A stretch of DNA of 64,000 bases from Trichodelitschia bisporula (Eukaryota): assembly GCA_010356995.1 (NCBI GenBank), contig ML996689.1, forward strand, positions 390,691-454,690, read 5' to 3'. The notes beneath the pieces were generated by a model. The model worked only from the letters and a program-made list of their open reading frames with translations. It was not told the origin of the DNA and ran no database searches. The translations under genes and the position numbers were made by a program. This document shows positions 26,741-39,005 of this stretch, piece by piece. Numbering within the stretch: the stretch's first letter is position 1; each line of letters starts with the position of its first letter.

Positions 26741-27549
26741 ATGCGGCCCACGATGCGTTTGTTTGCCGCCGTGCGGCAAGGCCGGTTCCTTCAGCCTGGT
26801 ACTCCTACCGGTCTCACTGGGCTCCTCACACATCCAGCCCCGCGTTCAACATTGATCTACCTGTACAGCCGAACTCTCGATAAGTTGAAGGCGGTTCCCG
26901 AGTCGAGTGTCTATCGCCAAGCCACGGAAAATGTCACCAAAAAGCGCCTGGCCATAATCGAGTCATACAAGCCGGAAGGCTACGATGCCTGGATGGACCG
27001 TGTGGGCTTCCGGGTGGGAAAATTCCAGGAAGAGACGAAGTCGCCGGCCCTGGAGTTCGAGGGTCGGCAATTCGTTATGGCAGACATGGCGAGAGAGGAG
27101 AAGGACGATCGTGACGTGGAGTGGGATGGCGAGCGCTTGGTGGAACCTGCTCTGGAGGGGCCCCGGTTCGCAGAAGAGCGCGGGGTGACGGCTGGTGGAC
27201 TGCTCCCGACCGGCGATTCCGAGGCCAATACTCCAAGGCGTCCCAAGATCGAGCCGGAGCCGCTTTTGACTGCTGAACAGTATGTCTGCTAGGCTATGCC
27301 GCAATTCTTCCTGACGTTTCGCAGAGTTTCTGAGATCGAAAACAAGATCGGAGCGGGCTTGCTTGAAGAGGTCATCCAGGTTGCTGAGGGTGAACTGAAG
27401 TTGGTGGACACCATGATTGAGCACAAAGTGTAAGGCAATCTACTCTTCGCGGTTGACCTAACAATACCAGGTGGGAAGAGCTGGCGGAACAGCCTCCTGA
27501 GGGCCAGTGGGTCTACTTCGAACGGGGCTTGCACAACAAGGGCCATTGA
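26741..27549 (+). CDS. NADH:ubiquinone oxidoreductase 29.9 kDa subunit (NDUFA5 family)
   Basis: PTGLTGLLTHPAPRSTLIYLY and PESSVYRQATE, then the exon EIENKIGAGLLEEVIQVAEGELKL and the last exon WEELAEQPPEGQWVYFER. Two introns. Confidence 0.9.
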
Positions 27550-27693
27550 GCGGACATATACCCGTAATCTGTACATTTAGACGGCCTGGAAATCATGTTC
27601 CCAATCGTCTTCTACGATGCTGCTGAACCAGTCTATTACATTATAGTCATCTCATCATAACCTATCCCAACCTGCTATTCCATGCCGATCCGC

Positions 27694-29610
27694 TTATGCA
27701 ACAAATGTTTCCATGACAGAATCAAGCATGGCCTCCCAGGTACATCGCTTGAAGATCCCCTCCCTCAAAAGCGGCTGGCTCTTGACCACGAACGATTTCT
27801 CGATTCCACGGCCCTCATTCTCCCACCATTCCTTCTCCGCCCTTTCTTTCGCTCGCTTCACTACGACATCTTCGTCTTCGGCGCGATATAGGTCGCATTT
27901 CTCGCATTCGGTGCACTGCCCGCCCGCCGCCCGGAAGTGCTGGCAGAAATGACCATAGCCCTCGGTCCCGATTTCGTTCCTGCACAAGTAACACATGGTA
28001 TACCCGCAGACACAGATGAGTTTGTTGCATCCCGTGCTCTTAACAAACGACACGTTGCACTTCGGACAAGTACGCTTCACCGCCGCCGTCATGGCACCTT
28101 CAAGGGCACCTTGAAGGGAGTTGAGCTGTGAGGTGAAGCACGCGTGGGGGTCCTTCCAGACCGATTGGCAGCGCATGCAAGATAGCTTTGAGCATGAGGG
28201 CGAGCGGCAGGTGAAGCAAAGGCCGTAACGCTTGCGGATGACGCGTCCCAAGGACTGTTGGAGGGCGCTCGATGATATATGAATGTAGGGCGAAAGTACA
28301 AGGTACAATGATACAACGAGTAGAAAGTAAGGAAGAACCCCCACGAAGGCGAGAACAAAGAGGAACCAAGATATGCAAAGCGTGAGTTCCGGTATCCGCT
28401 TAAACCGCCACTTGGTAATATGTGGAACCTGGACTTCATCCGCTTCGGCGTAGGGGCAAAATGGGCACTGGACAAGCTTCACTTTGCTCTTAAGCAAAGC
28501 GTCCGAAGCAAGCCGTTCTTGGAGCATGTTGAGGATCTGCTTTCCGTTTTCCTTCTCTGCCAGCGCCAGCCGCACCATGTCAATGGGAATGCACCCATGG
28601 CACTCCCCGTCGCTGTCCATGACGGGTGCGATGCAGCGCAAGGTGCCCCGCTCCGGGTTGACGCTCCTCGCCCAGCCCTGACCGTAGATGGCTTCATTCG
28701 TAGCGTGCGATATACAGCGAAAGCAGATGTTGTGGCCACCATCGTCACATACTGACATCTCGTGCACCGTGGACGTGGCGTAGCAGCATTCGCAGTCGTA
28801 CATCTCTTCTGCCTGCTCCGCCTCTTTGGCTTGGAGCTGTTTTGCGAGCACGTAGTCAATGAGCTCTTGGGCCTCCTTGCGTCGGTTGAGCTGCGGGGAA
28901 ATCAAGGTGTCGTAAAGCTCCTTGTTCAGTTCTCTGTTCCGAGTTTTCCTCAATTTAGGCACCGCGCGCGGATGCCTTGCGTCCATGGACCAGTAAACCA
29001 GCGGGTGCTCGGCTGGATTTGGGGTCTTGCGCCTGAGAAAAAAGTTGGAGAAGGATAGCCGCCATGATTTGGCCGCCAGCGCAAGCAGCTCTGTGCGTGA
29101 CGGGGTGTACGAGTAGTTGTTCTCGGCAAGGACAGCTTCGATGGCAGATCGGCTTAGGCCTTTGAACTCTTCGCGGAGAACGCTTCTGACGGCGGACTTG
29201 TACGCCTCATTTCGAAAAGTGTCCCCCAGGTGGACTGTTGCGCTACCGCTGGTCGGAGGATCAGAAGTCGCCTTTTTGTGCTTCGCATCCTGAGTCCGCC
29301 GATAGCGGCCTCGGATCCATTTAGCATCGTTCTTGAGCAAGTGCTCGGTGACAATTTCCAGACGGCTTTGGGCAGAAACCCTTTCGAGCATCTCTCTGAA
29401 TACGTCGGGCTGAATGTCGGGGAAAATATCGGCCAGGGCCCGCAATGATGCGTTGAGGTCCCGCAGATTCGGCTCTTCCGGCTCGACGTCAGGGCTGTCG
29501 AGATCTGAGTCCTCGTCGACAGTCACCATGTCCCGGGGGAGTTCGCAGTCGCGAGATGATGGTCGCTCAGGGGTGGTCGAAGAAGAAAGAGAGAAAAGGA
29601 TGGAGGCCAT
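27694..29610 (-). CDS. RBR (RING-IBR-RING) E3 ubiquitin ligase with CUE-like N-terminus
   Basis: LADIFPDI CUE-like motif, CECCY...HNICFRC, CPFCPYAE and RTCPKCNVSFVKSTGCNKLICVCGYTMCYLCR. Confidence 0.9.
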   Translation of the reverse strand: MASILFSLSSSTTPERPSSRDCELPRDMVTVDEDSDLDSPDVEPEEPNLRDLNASLRALADIFPDIQPDVFREMLERVSAQSRLEIVTEHLLKNDAKWIRGRYRRTQDAKHKKATSDPPTSGSATVHLGDTFRNEAYKSAVRSVLREEFKGLSRSAIEAVLAENNYSYTPSRTELLALAAKSWRLSFSNFFLRRKTPNPAEHPLVYWSMDARHPRAVPKLRKTRNRELNKELYDTLISPQLNRRKEAQELIDYVLAKQLQAKEAEQAEEMYDCECCYATSTVHEMSVCDDGGHNICFRCISHATNEAIYGQGWARSVNPERGTLRCIAPVMDSDGECHGCIPIDMVRLALAEKENGKQILNMLQERLASDALLKSKVKLVQCPFCPYAEADEVQVPHITKWRFKRIPELTLCISWFLFVLAFVGVLPYFLLVVSLYLVLSPYIHISSSALQQSLGRVIRKRYGLCFTCRSPSCSKLSCMRCQSVWKDPHACFTSQLNSLQGALEGAMTAAVKRTCPKCNVSFVKSTGCNKLICVCGYTMCYLCRNEIGTEGYGHFCQHFRAAGGQCTECEKCDLYRAEDEDVVVKRAKERAEKEWWENEGRGIEKSFVVKSQPLLREGIFKRCTWEAMLDSVMETFVA

Positions 29611-30433
29611 GCTGCTACAGTAGGGCAGGGCTGATGCCTACCCCGCGCGTTGACCGGATCGGCTAGCACACGTGTGACAGTTGGATAAGTTACAAGTTGA
29701 AATGCCGATTGATGCGGTCCGCCAGAAAGGACATGACTATGGTGCTATGGAATAAGGTGATTAGAGAAGTGAAAAGAGTCTAAGGTTTACAAAGTAGGCA
29801 TTAACGACAAGCAGGAGCATCGCGGGTGACGAGAAATTGTTTCTCATGATGATGATTCTCCTGTTCCGAATGCGCCACGCCGCATGTTTATCCGGTCCGA
29901 GCCTGCACGTGGCCCGGGTGGCTTTACGGTAACTTCCCATCACGTGGCAATTGCAAATGACGGAATCCTGTGGCTTTACGCGGCCGCCGGTCAAGCACGA
30001 GGCCCGATCGTTGCTCGACAGGCAACTGGGGAAAAGTGAGTGATTGACGGGTCAATGATACTAGATGCTCAAGATACCGTCTACAGCCTTAGAGATTTAA
30101 AGTGTAGCTTGTCTCCACTTTTCCTGCTCCACTGAACAGCACTTAGCGTACGGTAAGAAGTCGCGAAGCTGAAAATGGCTAGTTCTACCGTACGGTAGAT
30201 TGGAAAGCTGGGGAAGTTGGGGGCGGGCCGGCGCGCCAAGGTGGGCCTGCAGCCGCGCCCCTGAGGGCTCAATAATGTCACAATTAGCGACTGCGACGCG
30301 CCGGGGCATCTCTCCTTCAACTACTGCAGCGAAACCAGCTTTTTACGCGTCAGCGCTCTTTGCTCAAGCATTGATTAGTGACTCTGCCCGTAAACGTTAT
30401 CTTCCACCCACCCGAAGTCACCGAGCTGCTGAT

Positions 30434-31243
30434 ATGACGGATCCAACTGAACTGAAGCGCATTCCAAGTGACTTCGAGAAGGATCGAGCCTCGGACATGG
30501 CAACCTCGCAGACAGAACTACGGACAGTCCGGGTCCTTGGTTCGGAAATGTCGGCAAAGCGCGCGGTCGACGTGATCCCCGATGAAGCTCTCACCCGGAA
30601 GCCGCGTCGATCGCCTTTCACCGCCATCTCAGACAAGTTCAACCAAGTCTTCCCCCCGTACCGGACGTACCTGGGTCGCAGCCGGAAATTCATGCTCTGC
30701 GCCGCTGTGGGAACCTTGTTCATTCTGTTCGGTCTCATCATTGGACTCGCTGTTGGGCTCACGCAAGGCTCTCACAAGTAAGGAATAGTGATGACTTGCT
30801 GTCCCTTGTCTGATTGTGTCTTAGAACCAAGAACCTTCCGCTTCCCAGCAATGCCGAAAAACACACAGGCGATCTTACCTACTATGAGCCTGGGCTGGGG
30901 GCCTGCGGAATCACTTCGTCATCCAGCGAAAACATTGTTGCGATCAGCTATTCTGTATTCGATGCCGTCCAAGTCGGCAGCAATCCTAACGCCAACCCTC
31001 TCTGCGGCAAAAAGCTTCGCGCAACCAGGTTCAACGACCAGGCCGGAAGTCAGCGCAGCGTCGATCTGACCGTTGTTGATAGATGTAGGTTTCCTGCGCG
31101 ATTTCAATGCGTATGCTTACGGTGAAGGTGTGGGATGCAAACCAACCGACATCGACACGACGACGAGTGTCTTCAAACAGCTCGCTAATATCGACCAAGG
31201 CAGGGTCCTCGTTACCTGGGCATGGCTGGACGTACAGGTCTAG
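30434..31243 (+). CDS. Type II membrane RlpA-like double-psi beta-barrel (expansin-like/barwin-like) protein
   Basis: TM helix (FILFGLIIGLAVGL), then GDLTYYEPGLGACG, NPNANPLCGKK and VVDRC/GC...DID. Two introns. Confidence 0.85.
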
Positions 31244-32280
31244 TTCCACCGTGGACGGCGGAATGCTGCGCACGATGCACGTTTCACTATGCGTCAGGTG
31301 GAGGCTCGCCATCGCGGTCTGTGGTTCTAGCACACGGTTCCATTACCCTGGCAGAACAGTGCTACAACGCGCTTTGCCGCGTATCTAACGTACTTGTATC
31401 GCACGAGACGGAGGCTACTCCGTTACTCCATGAGGATTTGTAACATGTTCCTGTGCTCCATTTGCGCCTATTCAGCAGGTAATTGCCGCTTCTGTTGAGC
31501 AAAGGATGAGCACAGTTTCTGATCATGATCCTGGCTTAGCATTTCCATGCGTTAGCTCGAAGAGCGAGGGCAACCATCTACGCGAGATGGCACAGCAGCT
31601 CGTAGCTGCGTGAATTCAAGAGTGGCGGACAATTGGATCCACCGTCAAGTCACGAGGAATTTGACGACCATCGGACCCGCCAGCTGTCGAGGACAAGAGG
31701 TCATGCCTCCGAGTGGCTAATTTCGACCGTTCCTTGACCGCTGTGCTCCCGACCTGCGTTTTGTGGAACCTCGCCTCATGCTGGACTCAACTCGGATTTC
31801 TTTTGGCAATTTTCGGAATTCGAAGAAGGATGTCGCTGTAGGCCGTCAACACGCGGAACGTTCTGCAACTAAGGCCTCTCTTTGCACAAGAGCAACTCTC
31901 GCTCTCGGCACGTCTTTGTCGCTTTGAAAGCTCGCGGGCTCAGTTCAGGGGTCGAGAAGGCATGGTTACACCACTTTAGTTCTGAAAAGCTATTCGATAG
32001 CCCGTGCAGTGCATGCTTTCCGGTGCTGGGATTCGCACATGCTGCTGCAGAGCGCCGCTGCAGGCACGTTACATACATGCGTCTATTTTTTATGGCCATG
32101 ATCTTGCTGCGGCATCGCGATAAAGCAGGCTGCCGATGATCTCGCTGGTGCAGCCTGCCAGTGCAGCAATTAGAGACCGCTATTTGGAATGCGTGCATTC
32201 TCCGCATGTATAAGTTATATCCGATATCATCTCCTTGCTCTCCCCATACTGGTGATTTTCTAAAGGCCGGTTAATTGACA

Positions 32281-33183
32281 ATGAAAGTGAACCCATTCCT
32301 CTGTTTAGGTCTTCTGCAGCTCGCGGCCTGTTTCCCACTGCAAGATGAATACCGCTCCGAGCCACATAAACGTCACTTGGAGGAAGGGCACAGCCCGGAC
32401 GCCCTGGACTTGTCGCCTGTCACGGAGTACGGCCTCCTACCATCAACTGGCATTAACCGATGGATCCCGGCAAGCAAGATCCCAAACGCCTCTCGCAGTC
32501 CTTGTCCTCTACTGAATACGTTAGCTAACCATGGATTTTTGTAAGCTGATACCGATATTCATGAGCACGACTGATATTTGCGAAGGAACCGCGATGGCCG
32601 ATCGCTGACAATGTATCATATCGATGCCGCGATCATGTCCGCAATGAATATGGACCTGAACACGACCCAGCTTTTTACTGCAAATTGTTTCACAGAACTC
32701 GGCCTCAGCACCACCGATCCGTCTGTGGCCATAGACCTTGAAGATCTCAATGCTCATGGCCTAACCGAGCATGATGCCAGTTTGACTCGGTTAGACAAGA
32801 TCCAGGGCGACACTCTTCGCCTTCAACCTCATATGCTGGACAACATGCTCAATGATGCGGGACCATCTCCTTTCCTCAACACAACCTCAATGGGACGCAC
32901 GCGGGCGCGGCGCGAGAGGGAATCTCTGGCAGCCGGAAGTCCTATACTCACCTCAAAAGCGCAGGGGAGTTGTATGATTGAGGCGGCTTTGGTGTTAGTC
33001 TTGCTTGGGGGGGGAGAGGGAGATGCGCGGGTCGCAAACAAGAGCACGGTGGCGGAATGGTTCGCATATGAAAGGCTTCCGGTTACATGGAGGAGGAGTC
33101 CGAAGGTGCTGACACTGGAATATGTAACCATACTGGAGAACAGGATAAAGTCATGGCGTGATCGGTGGTTGTCTGGCAGCTAG
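32281..33183 (+). CDS. Secreted heme-thiolate peroxidase (chloroperoxidase / short unspecific peroxygenase)
   Basis: Signal peptide, proximal-Cys motif RSPCPLLNTLANHGFL, EHDASLTRLD and ERLPVTW. Intron about 32541-32586. Confidence 0.88.
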
Positions 33184-33566
33184 CTGTTCTTCACGGCCAT
33201 GCCGGAGTTCGTATGAGAGCGAAGAACAGAAAGTTTGTATGAACTTGACCAAATATTGGAATAGGCTACAGTATTGCCTGTTCAAGCCCGATGCTGGAAG
33301 TTGGCGATGGTTTGAGGCAACGGACCAGTTACAGGCGAGGACCCTTGGGGTCCGCTTCCCCGTGATGAAGACGTCACCGGGCGCATTGAGCACTCCCTGG
33401 TCTGTTCCCTCAGCACAGGGACGCGGCCAAGGCTCAGCCACATGCTTGTGAGCAAACGGTATCACCAGCCCCCCGCCCGTCTCTCGACTTCCCTTCCCCA
33501 TATCTCCACACTCTCCCCACGAACTGCGTGGAATCCGTCTTCCTCGGTCTCGACGCATCCATCAGC

Positions 33567-34236
33567 ATGAAGCTCCTAACCCCCGTCCTCCCGCTTCTGT
33601 GCGTTACAGCCGTCGCCGCGCGCTCAGTATGGCTCGGCGGCTCCAGCAACGAGCAGGTTGCACTGGGCGACGAGCTCAAGGTTCCCGGTGTGAACCCGCT
33701 GTTCTACTGCTCTGATGCGTCCAACGACCTTCTGGTCATCGATCACGTCGACCTGTCCCCGAATCCTCCTGAAGCGTGAGTTCGCCCGTGCTTCGTCGGC
33801 TTATCAGCGACCCCCTCGCCCCCGCTTTGTGTTTCCACTAGCCCGTGCCTCATTATCCGTGGGCTAACAACTCCCAGTGGGCAGAGCCTTACTATCGCGG
33901 CCAAGGGCACGCTCCTGGAGGACATCGAAGAGGGTGCCAAAGTACACATTCAAGTCAAGTTCGGCCTCATCACCTTGATCAACCAAGACACGGATCTCTG
34001 CGACCAGGTCAAGAACGTAGACCTCGAGTGCCCGCTGGAGAAAGGCGAGACCGTGCTCACCAAGACGGTTGAGCTGCCGAGCAGAATACCTCCTGTACGT
34101 TACGCGTTGCTATATGATGCTGGGATGCTAATGCGCTGTACAGGGCCGCTACAGGGTCCTCGCCGACGTTTACACCAAGGATCGCGTCAAGATCACCTGC
34201 CTTACCGCAGAGGTTGTGTTCCATCCGCACCTATAG
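33567..34236 (+). CDS. npc2: Phosphatidylglycerol/phosphatidylinositol transfer protein (ML domain)
   Basis: Signal peptide, VPGVNPLFYC, VDLSPNPP, DLCDQVKNVDLECP and ITCLTAEV. Two introns. Confidence 0.9.
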
Positions 34237-35079
34237 ACAAATTGGTTAATGGGCCGCTGGGCATTGCGAGGGTGTACGATTAAGGATCTCGCCTGAGAGT
34301 CTCCGGACGATATCCTTCCGTTTGATGTTGCACTTAGTGTTTGGCATGGCGTACTTGGGACGATCACAAATTGACTTTCTACATATATCATAGTGTACAG
34401 GTTCATGAGCCGTATTGAACAGGTTACTGTTAGGACCACTTGCCCTGACTACGCTCCGACAAGTGATCTTCACTCGCCTCGTACACAGAATATCATGAGC
34501 CTGCAATGACTATTGAACACATACGGCCACAGATCGGAGAAAGCACCAGTACCCGTCTGCTCACTGAGGTTAAGCTCTGAATCGGTTGACTAGTAGTTGC
34601 GTGGGTGACCAGCAGCGAATCCCAACTGCTGTATGTTTTTGACTTTTTGCAGGATGAAGCTCATGTCGCCATGCCAGGCAAGGTCATTTCTTTTTCGACT
34701 TGGTATGCTATCCATTGGCGTTTAAGCTATCGAGACGACGAGGAGATGAATGACAGACGGAATATGGTACAAAGAAGCTGACAATAAAGACTCCAGGCTC
34801 CAAGAAATGAGGGCGAGCCTTGCAGTGCCGCAGTGCCGCAGTAAGCAAAACACAATGAATACCGCAACCCAGGCGCTGACGCATCTAGCGATTTCATCTT
34901 CCAATCATTAGGCTGCCAGGCTTCCCTTCCAGATATCCATCACTCCCCTCCTGATGAACCGCCTCCGGATGTCTTTCACGAGGTCCACCCCAGACATGTT
35001 AAACCTAGCCTGACGATACTCTTCAAGGAGATCCTGAACTCGACCTTCCATATAGCTCGGCTCATGTGCCCCCTCGACA

Positions 35080-36279
35080 TTATAGGCCCTTATCGCAGCT
35101 TGATAACGCGAGATCTGCTTTTTTGTCCTCAGTGAACACCTTAGACATCTCCAAGAACAAACTCACAGTATCGAGCAACGGCGCCTCCGACCTGAAATAC
35201 CCCGAATCCGAGCACACTTTCCACAGTACGGCGTCCTTGAACTCCTCCGGAAAAACCGGCGGGTCGGGCGGCGGCCGCCACCACGGCGCACGGTGAGCCT
35301 GGTGCCAGGCTTGTTCGGAAATGTACATTGGATCCTGCCCGTCCAGAGACGAGCCCTGCAGACTCTCCGGGCTGGGCGGGGGACTACGGGCTTCCCCACC
35401 GCGGAGGGGTGTCACGTCTCTGGCCCAAGGGATGAAGGGCGGTGGACTTTCAGTACGCTTTGGACGCGGGATTGGAATGGGAAATGATGTGTAGTTGTCA
35501 ACCGGGAAGGAGGAGGCCGTTCGTGGCCCCTTCGGCGTGGCGGGGGCAAAAGTCGTCTGCGCACGCCCGGGGGCAGTGTTCCAGCGCTTGAAGCAACGGC
35601 GGCGGCGTTGACGGCTATGAGTGCTGCGATTTGCTATAACAATTTGTTGGAGCGCGAGAAGGCATGCCTCCTCATGATACTGCGGCGGGGTCAAAGCTCG
35701 CATGGCCCATATCGGTCTTTCGGTCCTTCGACGACTTTTCGGCTGCGCTGAACTTTGATTGCTAGAGGCCCCACCCTCGTCAATGGCAGTGCCAGCCAAA
35801 GCTGTGTGTTTGTCTTTTGTGCCCGTGTTCAAGCCAAATTTGTTCAAGCTGTAGCCAGGAAGATCATCCAAGGTACGTCGCATCGGCTGAGGAATCCCGA
35901 CAGGGTTCTCGCCAGACACCACACTGTGGGCCCTCTCGCGGAACAGTAGAGACTCGTTGGACGCTTCCCGATGTGGATTGTCTCTAGGCCATCCATCGCG
36001 GGTATCCGAGTTGGTTGGCATATGGGAATCGTCCGCAGAGTCGCCAAATTCACCGAATTGCCAGTAGAGCTCCTTCACTGAAGCATCGGTCCAGCGCTTC
36101 CGTTGACCAACCCAATCGTGGAGCTCGCGAGGGTCTGACCGCTTCTTCTTCCCTGTACCGAAGACGTCAAGTGTGTTAGTGGGTTGAATGTCGTAACTTC
36201 CAGACTGAGTTCGACGCAGATGGCGGTGCTCCGCCTCGTCACTGGGTTGCAATTGCGTCTGATAATCTTTCGAGTCCAT
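35080..36279 (-). CDS. Hypothetical low-complexity protein
   Basis: About 400-codon open frame from MDSKDYQ with no recognisable motif. Both ends are uncertain. Confidence 0.45.
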   Translation of the reverse strand: MDSKDYQTQLQPSDEAEHRHLRRTQSGSYDIQPTNTLDVFGTGKKKRSDPRELHDWVGQRKRWTDASVKELYWQFGEFGDSADDSHMPTNSDTRDGWPRDNPHREASNESLLFRERAHSVVSGENPVGIPQPMRRTLDDLPGYSLNKFGLNTGTKDKHTALAGTAIDEGGASSNQSSAQPKSRRRTERPIWAMRALTPPQYHEEACLLALQQIVIANRSTHSRQRRRRCFKRWNTAPGRAQTTFAPATPKGPRTASSFPVDNYTSFPIPIPRPKRTESPPPFIPWARDVTPLRGGEARSPPPSPESLQGSSLDGQDPMYISEQAWHQAHRAPWWRPPPDPPVFPEEFKDAVLWKVCSDSGYFRSEAPLLDTVSLFLEMSKVFTEDKKADLALSSCDKGL

Positions 36280-36810
36280 GCTGCTCAGAGTAACAATGTA
36301 CGGTGTCTGATAAGCTGCGTGAAAGGTCGGGACAGATAGATATGAGATGAAATGGGCTCGAGGAGAAAATGTGGTTGTCAAAGGTCCTTGTGTAAGAAGA
36401 GTTACAGCTAGGGTTGCTCGTTCCTGCCCACCATAGCCCGACTTCTCGGGTTTGAATTGTGTATAGCGCCTGAGGTATGAGGACCCTGAAAGCAGGTACA
36501 TACGTATCTGAACGGCAAGATCAATCTAGTGAACGCAAGTAATGTGACCAAAGAGCCTGCCAAATGTTGGACCGGAGGCATGGAATAAAGTATATAACGC
36601 AAACTTCATCTCGTTTTCTTTGCTTCAAGGCCGCATTAAATCAGATGCTGTTGACGCTTATTCACAGACGAAGCAGATGGGGCGAAACTGGGGTGCTCAT
36701 TCCGGGGCCGCTTGAACATTGAAGAAGGCAACCTGCTAGCTTGGCGGCATGATGAATCCTCAGGTTGACGGGTATATTATGCAGCAACTTGGATATCTGA
36801 TGTGTCCCAC

Positions 36811-37318
36811 CTACTCTCCAAACAAGCGACGTACCCTCTTGAGCACACTATCCTTCTCGGGGTCATATGGGTGGTCTTTCGACGGAATCTCCAACACAGA
36901 GGGGAACGCTGCAGTGTAGGTGTCAACCCGATGTCGGATGCGGTCCGCGATCTAGTCCATCAGCGGTGTCCCTGCCGAGTTTACGTCCTTACGTGTTGGT
37001 TGATCAAGACAATGGCGATGTCTTTACGTTCGGTGGTGAAGCGGTCGAATGCGTGCTCAATGGCGGACGTCTCCGTCTTTTGGTCGACGACGAGGAAGTT
37101 CTTTTGCGAGTCGGGAGGCGAGGTAACATGCTGAGAGCTGTAAGCATATGCCGATAGGTGTAGAAGAAGCATATACGCCCACACCGGCCAGGAGCAAGCC
37201 TGTCACGGAGTCCTGGCTTGCGCATGAGCATGCGCCTTATGCGAGGAGGCTAGTCGGTTACCTCATCACCGATTACGGCGATGAATTGCCGGTCTTTAAA
37301 GGCAGCTGTGGTTGCCAT
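36811..37318 (-). CDS. VMA7: V-type ATPase subunit F
   Basis: [36 protein letters not shown] and [26 protein letters not shown]. Three short introns. Confidence 0.95.
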
Positions 37319-37655
37319 GGCAGTTCAACCCGCTTCAATGTCGCGGAATAGGCGTCGTACGCTGTGAGAGGGGCAGATGGAGCTTGAGACTAGCTATCTG
37401 GTGGCTCATCAGGAGCCTGGAGAGGCGGAGGTTCATGGGGAGATGGAAGATAGTTAATCCACCCGGCCTTTCACTCCGCGTGCGGACTGTTTGTTCTTTT
37501 GTTGACTGTGCTTGACCTCAGCTCCGTGCCAACAATGCCAGCACTTTGTTGAACACCAACCGCCAAAAAGACCGGGCTATCCCGCAGATATGGGCTGTTG
37601 GAATACCTTTCTATTTTCTCCCTGAAAGAATTGTCAAAACAGAGTCTCAGCCGCC

Positions 37656-39005
37656 ATGTCTCGCCGTCTTGTCCGCCGCGCACCGCTCTCGGAGCGCATC
37701 CAAGCCTACCTCAACCCCTTCGATTTCCTGCTCTGGCTCTCCGAAGAACTCAACTCCGATGATTGGGGAGAGTCAAAGAAGTGGATGAGCGTCCCGATCG
37801 GCTTTGGACTCAATTTTATCTTCCTGGCTGCGCGCGCCAACAGCGGCCTGTCGTCCGGTGCAGATGATGTGTTTGGGGAAAGCTACGGATCAAGCGGCTG
37901 GTTCTCCTGGTTTTGCGCCTTTGTGGTACACGCTCTGGCCATCTCCTCCATAGTCAACGCGGGATACACGTTTACGCGCAAGCGGTACTACCGCTTCTTC
38001 GAGAGCTCAGTCGAACAGATCCCCCCAACGCCTTCTGCGCGCCGTGTCCGCGTCGACTCGTCGCCTTCCTCCCCACTACACTTCATCTCCAAGTATGTCT
38101 CTTCGAGTTCGGCACAGTCCCGAGCTCATCCGGATGCTGCTCGCGACGTTATTGAGCTCGGGATCTGGGATCCGTCACATTTGTGTCTCCGCCTCTTCTG
38201 TCTCTTCAGCCCGGGTCACGTCTTCATCTACTGGCTGTTCCTACCCCTCTCACCGCTGGATCCCAGTCCAACATTGACTATCATCAAAACCATCCTCCTG
38301 ACCAGTCTTCTCTCGGTACAGAGCTATGCGTTCCAGAGCTTCTTCACTCAACAAACCCATGACAAGCTTCTGCTGAACAAAGAAGTTCTCCACGAATACG
38401 ACACCAAATTCGTGCGGCCGACGCTGAACCGGCCTGTGCGCGACGTTGGAGTCCAGACACCCAGCAGCCGCGGAACCCCGGTGAAGAAGACCTCAGAAGT
38501 TGATATTTACACCCCTCACACGATTGTCAACCGTGGCTTCACCACTCGGCCAAACCCGGCGTACGCTTCGCAGTACGATCCTGACAACCTTATGCATCGT
38601 CCGACGAACCCTCGTCCAATGACCACGCCTGTGGCCAAGCCCCGGCTGTCTGATGCATACACCTCGTCCTCGACGACAACGGGCGGAGAATTTGCTTCCC
38701 CGAACCATGTTCCGCTACAGCAGCCCAAATTCCCTACGCCGCATCCTCATGCGGGAGATGGCGGTAGTCTGGGAGTGTACACACATGCCGCATCGCCACT
38801 GCGCAAAGCCGCATCATCGAACTTTCTCCGTCAGCCTGCTGAAGATACCCCGAGGACGAGGGGAACCAGCCCTCTAAAGAGAGTTAGCACACCTGCGGGC
38901 TTTGCGGATATACAGAATGGGGTGGCTGGAAGTTCGGGAACGACGCTGAATCAGAGGCTCTTGAAACTGAGAGGTGAGGGACGACGACAGAGCGGTGGGA
39001 TATAG
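37656..39005 (+). CDS. Nuclear rim protein Nur1/Mug154 family
   Basis: MSRRLVRRAPLSERIQAYLNPFDFLLWLSEE, RYYRFFE...TPSARRV, LFCLFSPGHV and KEVLHEYDTKFVRP. Confidence 0.85.
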   Translation: MSRRLVRRAPLSERIQAYLNPFDFLLWLSEELNSDDWGESKKWMSVPIGFGLNFIFLAARANSGLSSGADDVFGESYGSSGWFSWFCAFVVHALAISSIVNAGYTFTRKRYYRFFESSVEQIPPTPSARRVRVDSSPSSPLHFISKYVSSSSAQSRAHPDAARDVIELGIWDPSHLCLRLFCLFSPGHVFIYWLFLPLSPLDPSPTLTIIKTILLTSLLSVQSYAFQSFFTQQTHDKLLLNKEVLHEYDTKFVRPTLNRPVRDVGVQTPSSRGTPVKKTSEVDIYTPHTIVNRGFTTRPNPAYASQYDPDNLMHRPTNPRPMTTPVAKPRLSDAYTSSSTTTGGEFASPNHVPLQQPKFPTPHPHAGDGGSLGVYTHAASPLRKAASSNFLRQPAEDTPRTRGTSPLKRVSTPAGFADIQNGVAGSSGTTLNQRLLKLRGEGRRQSGGI

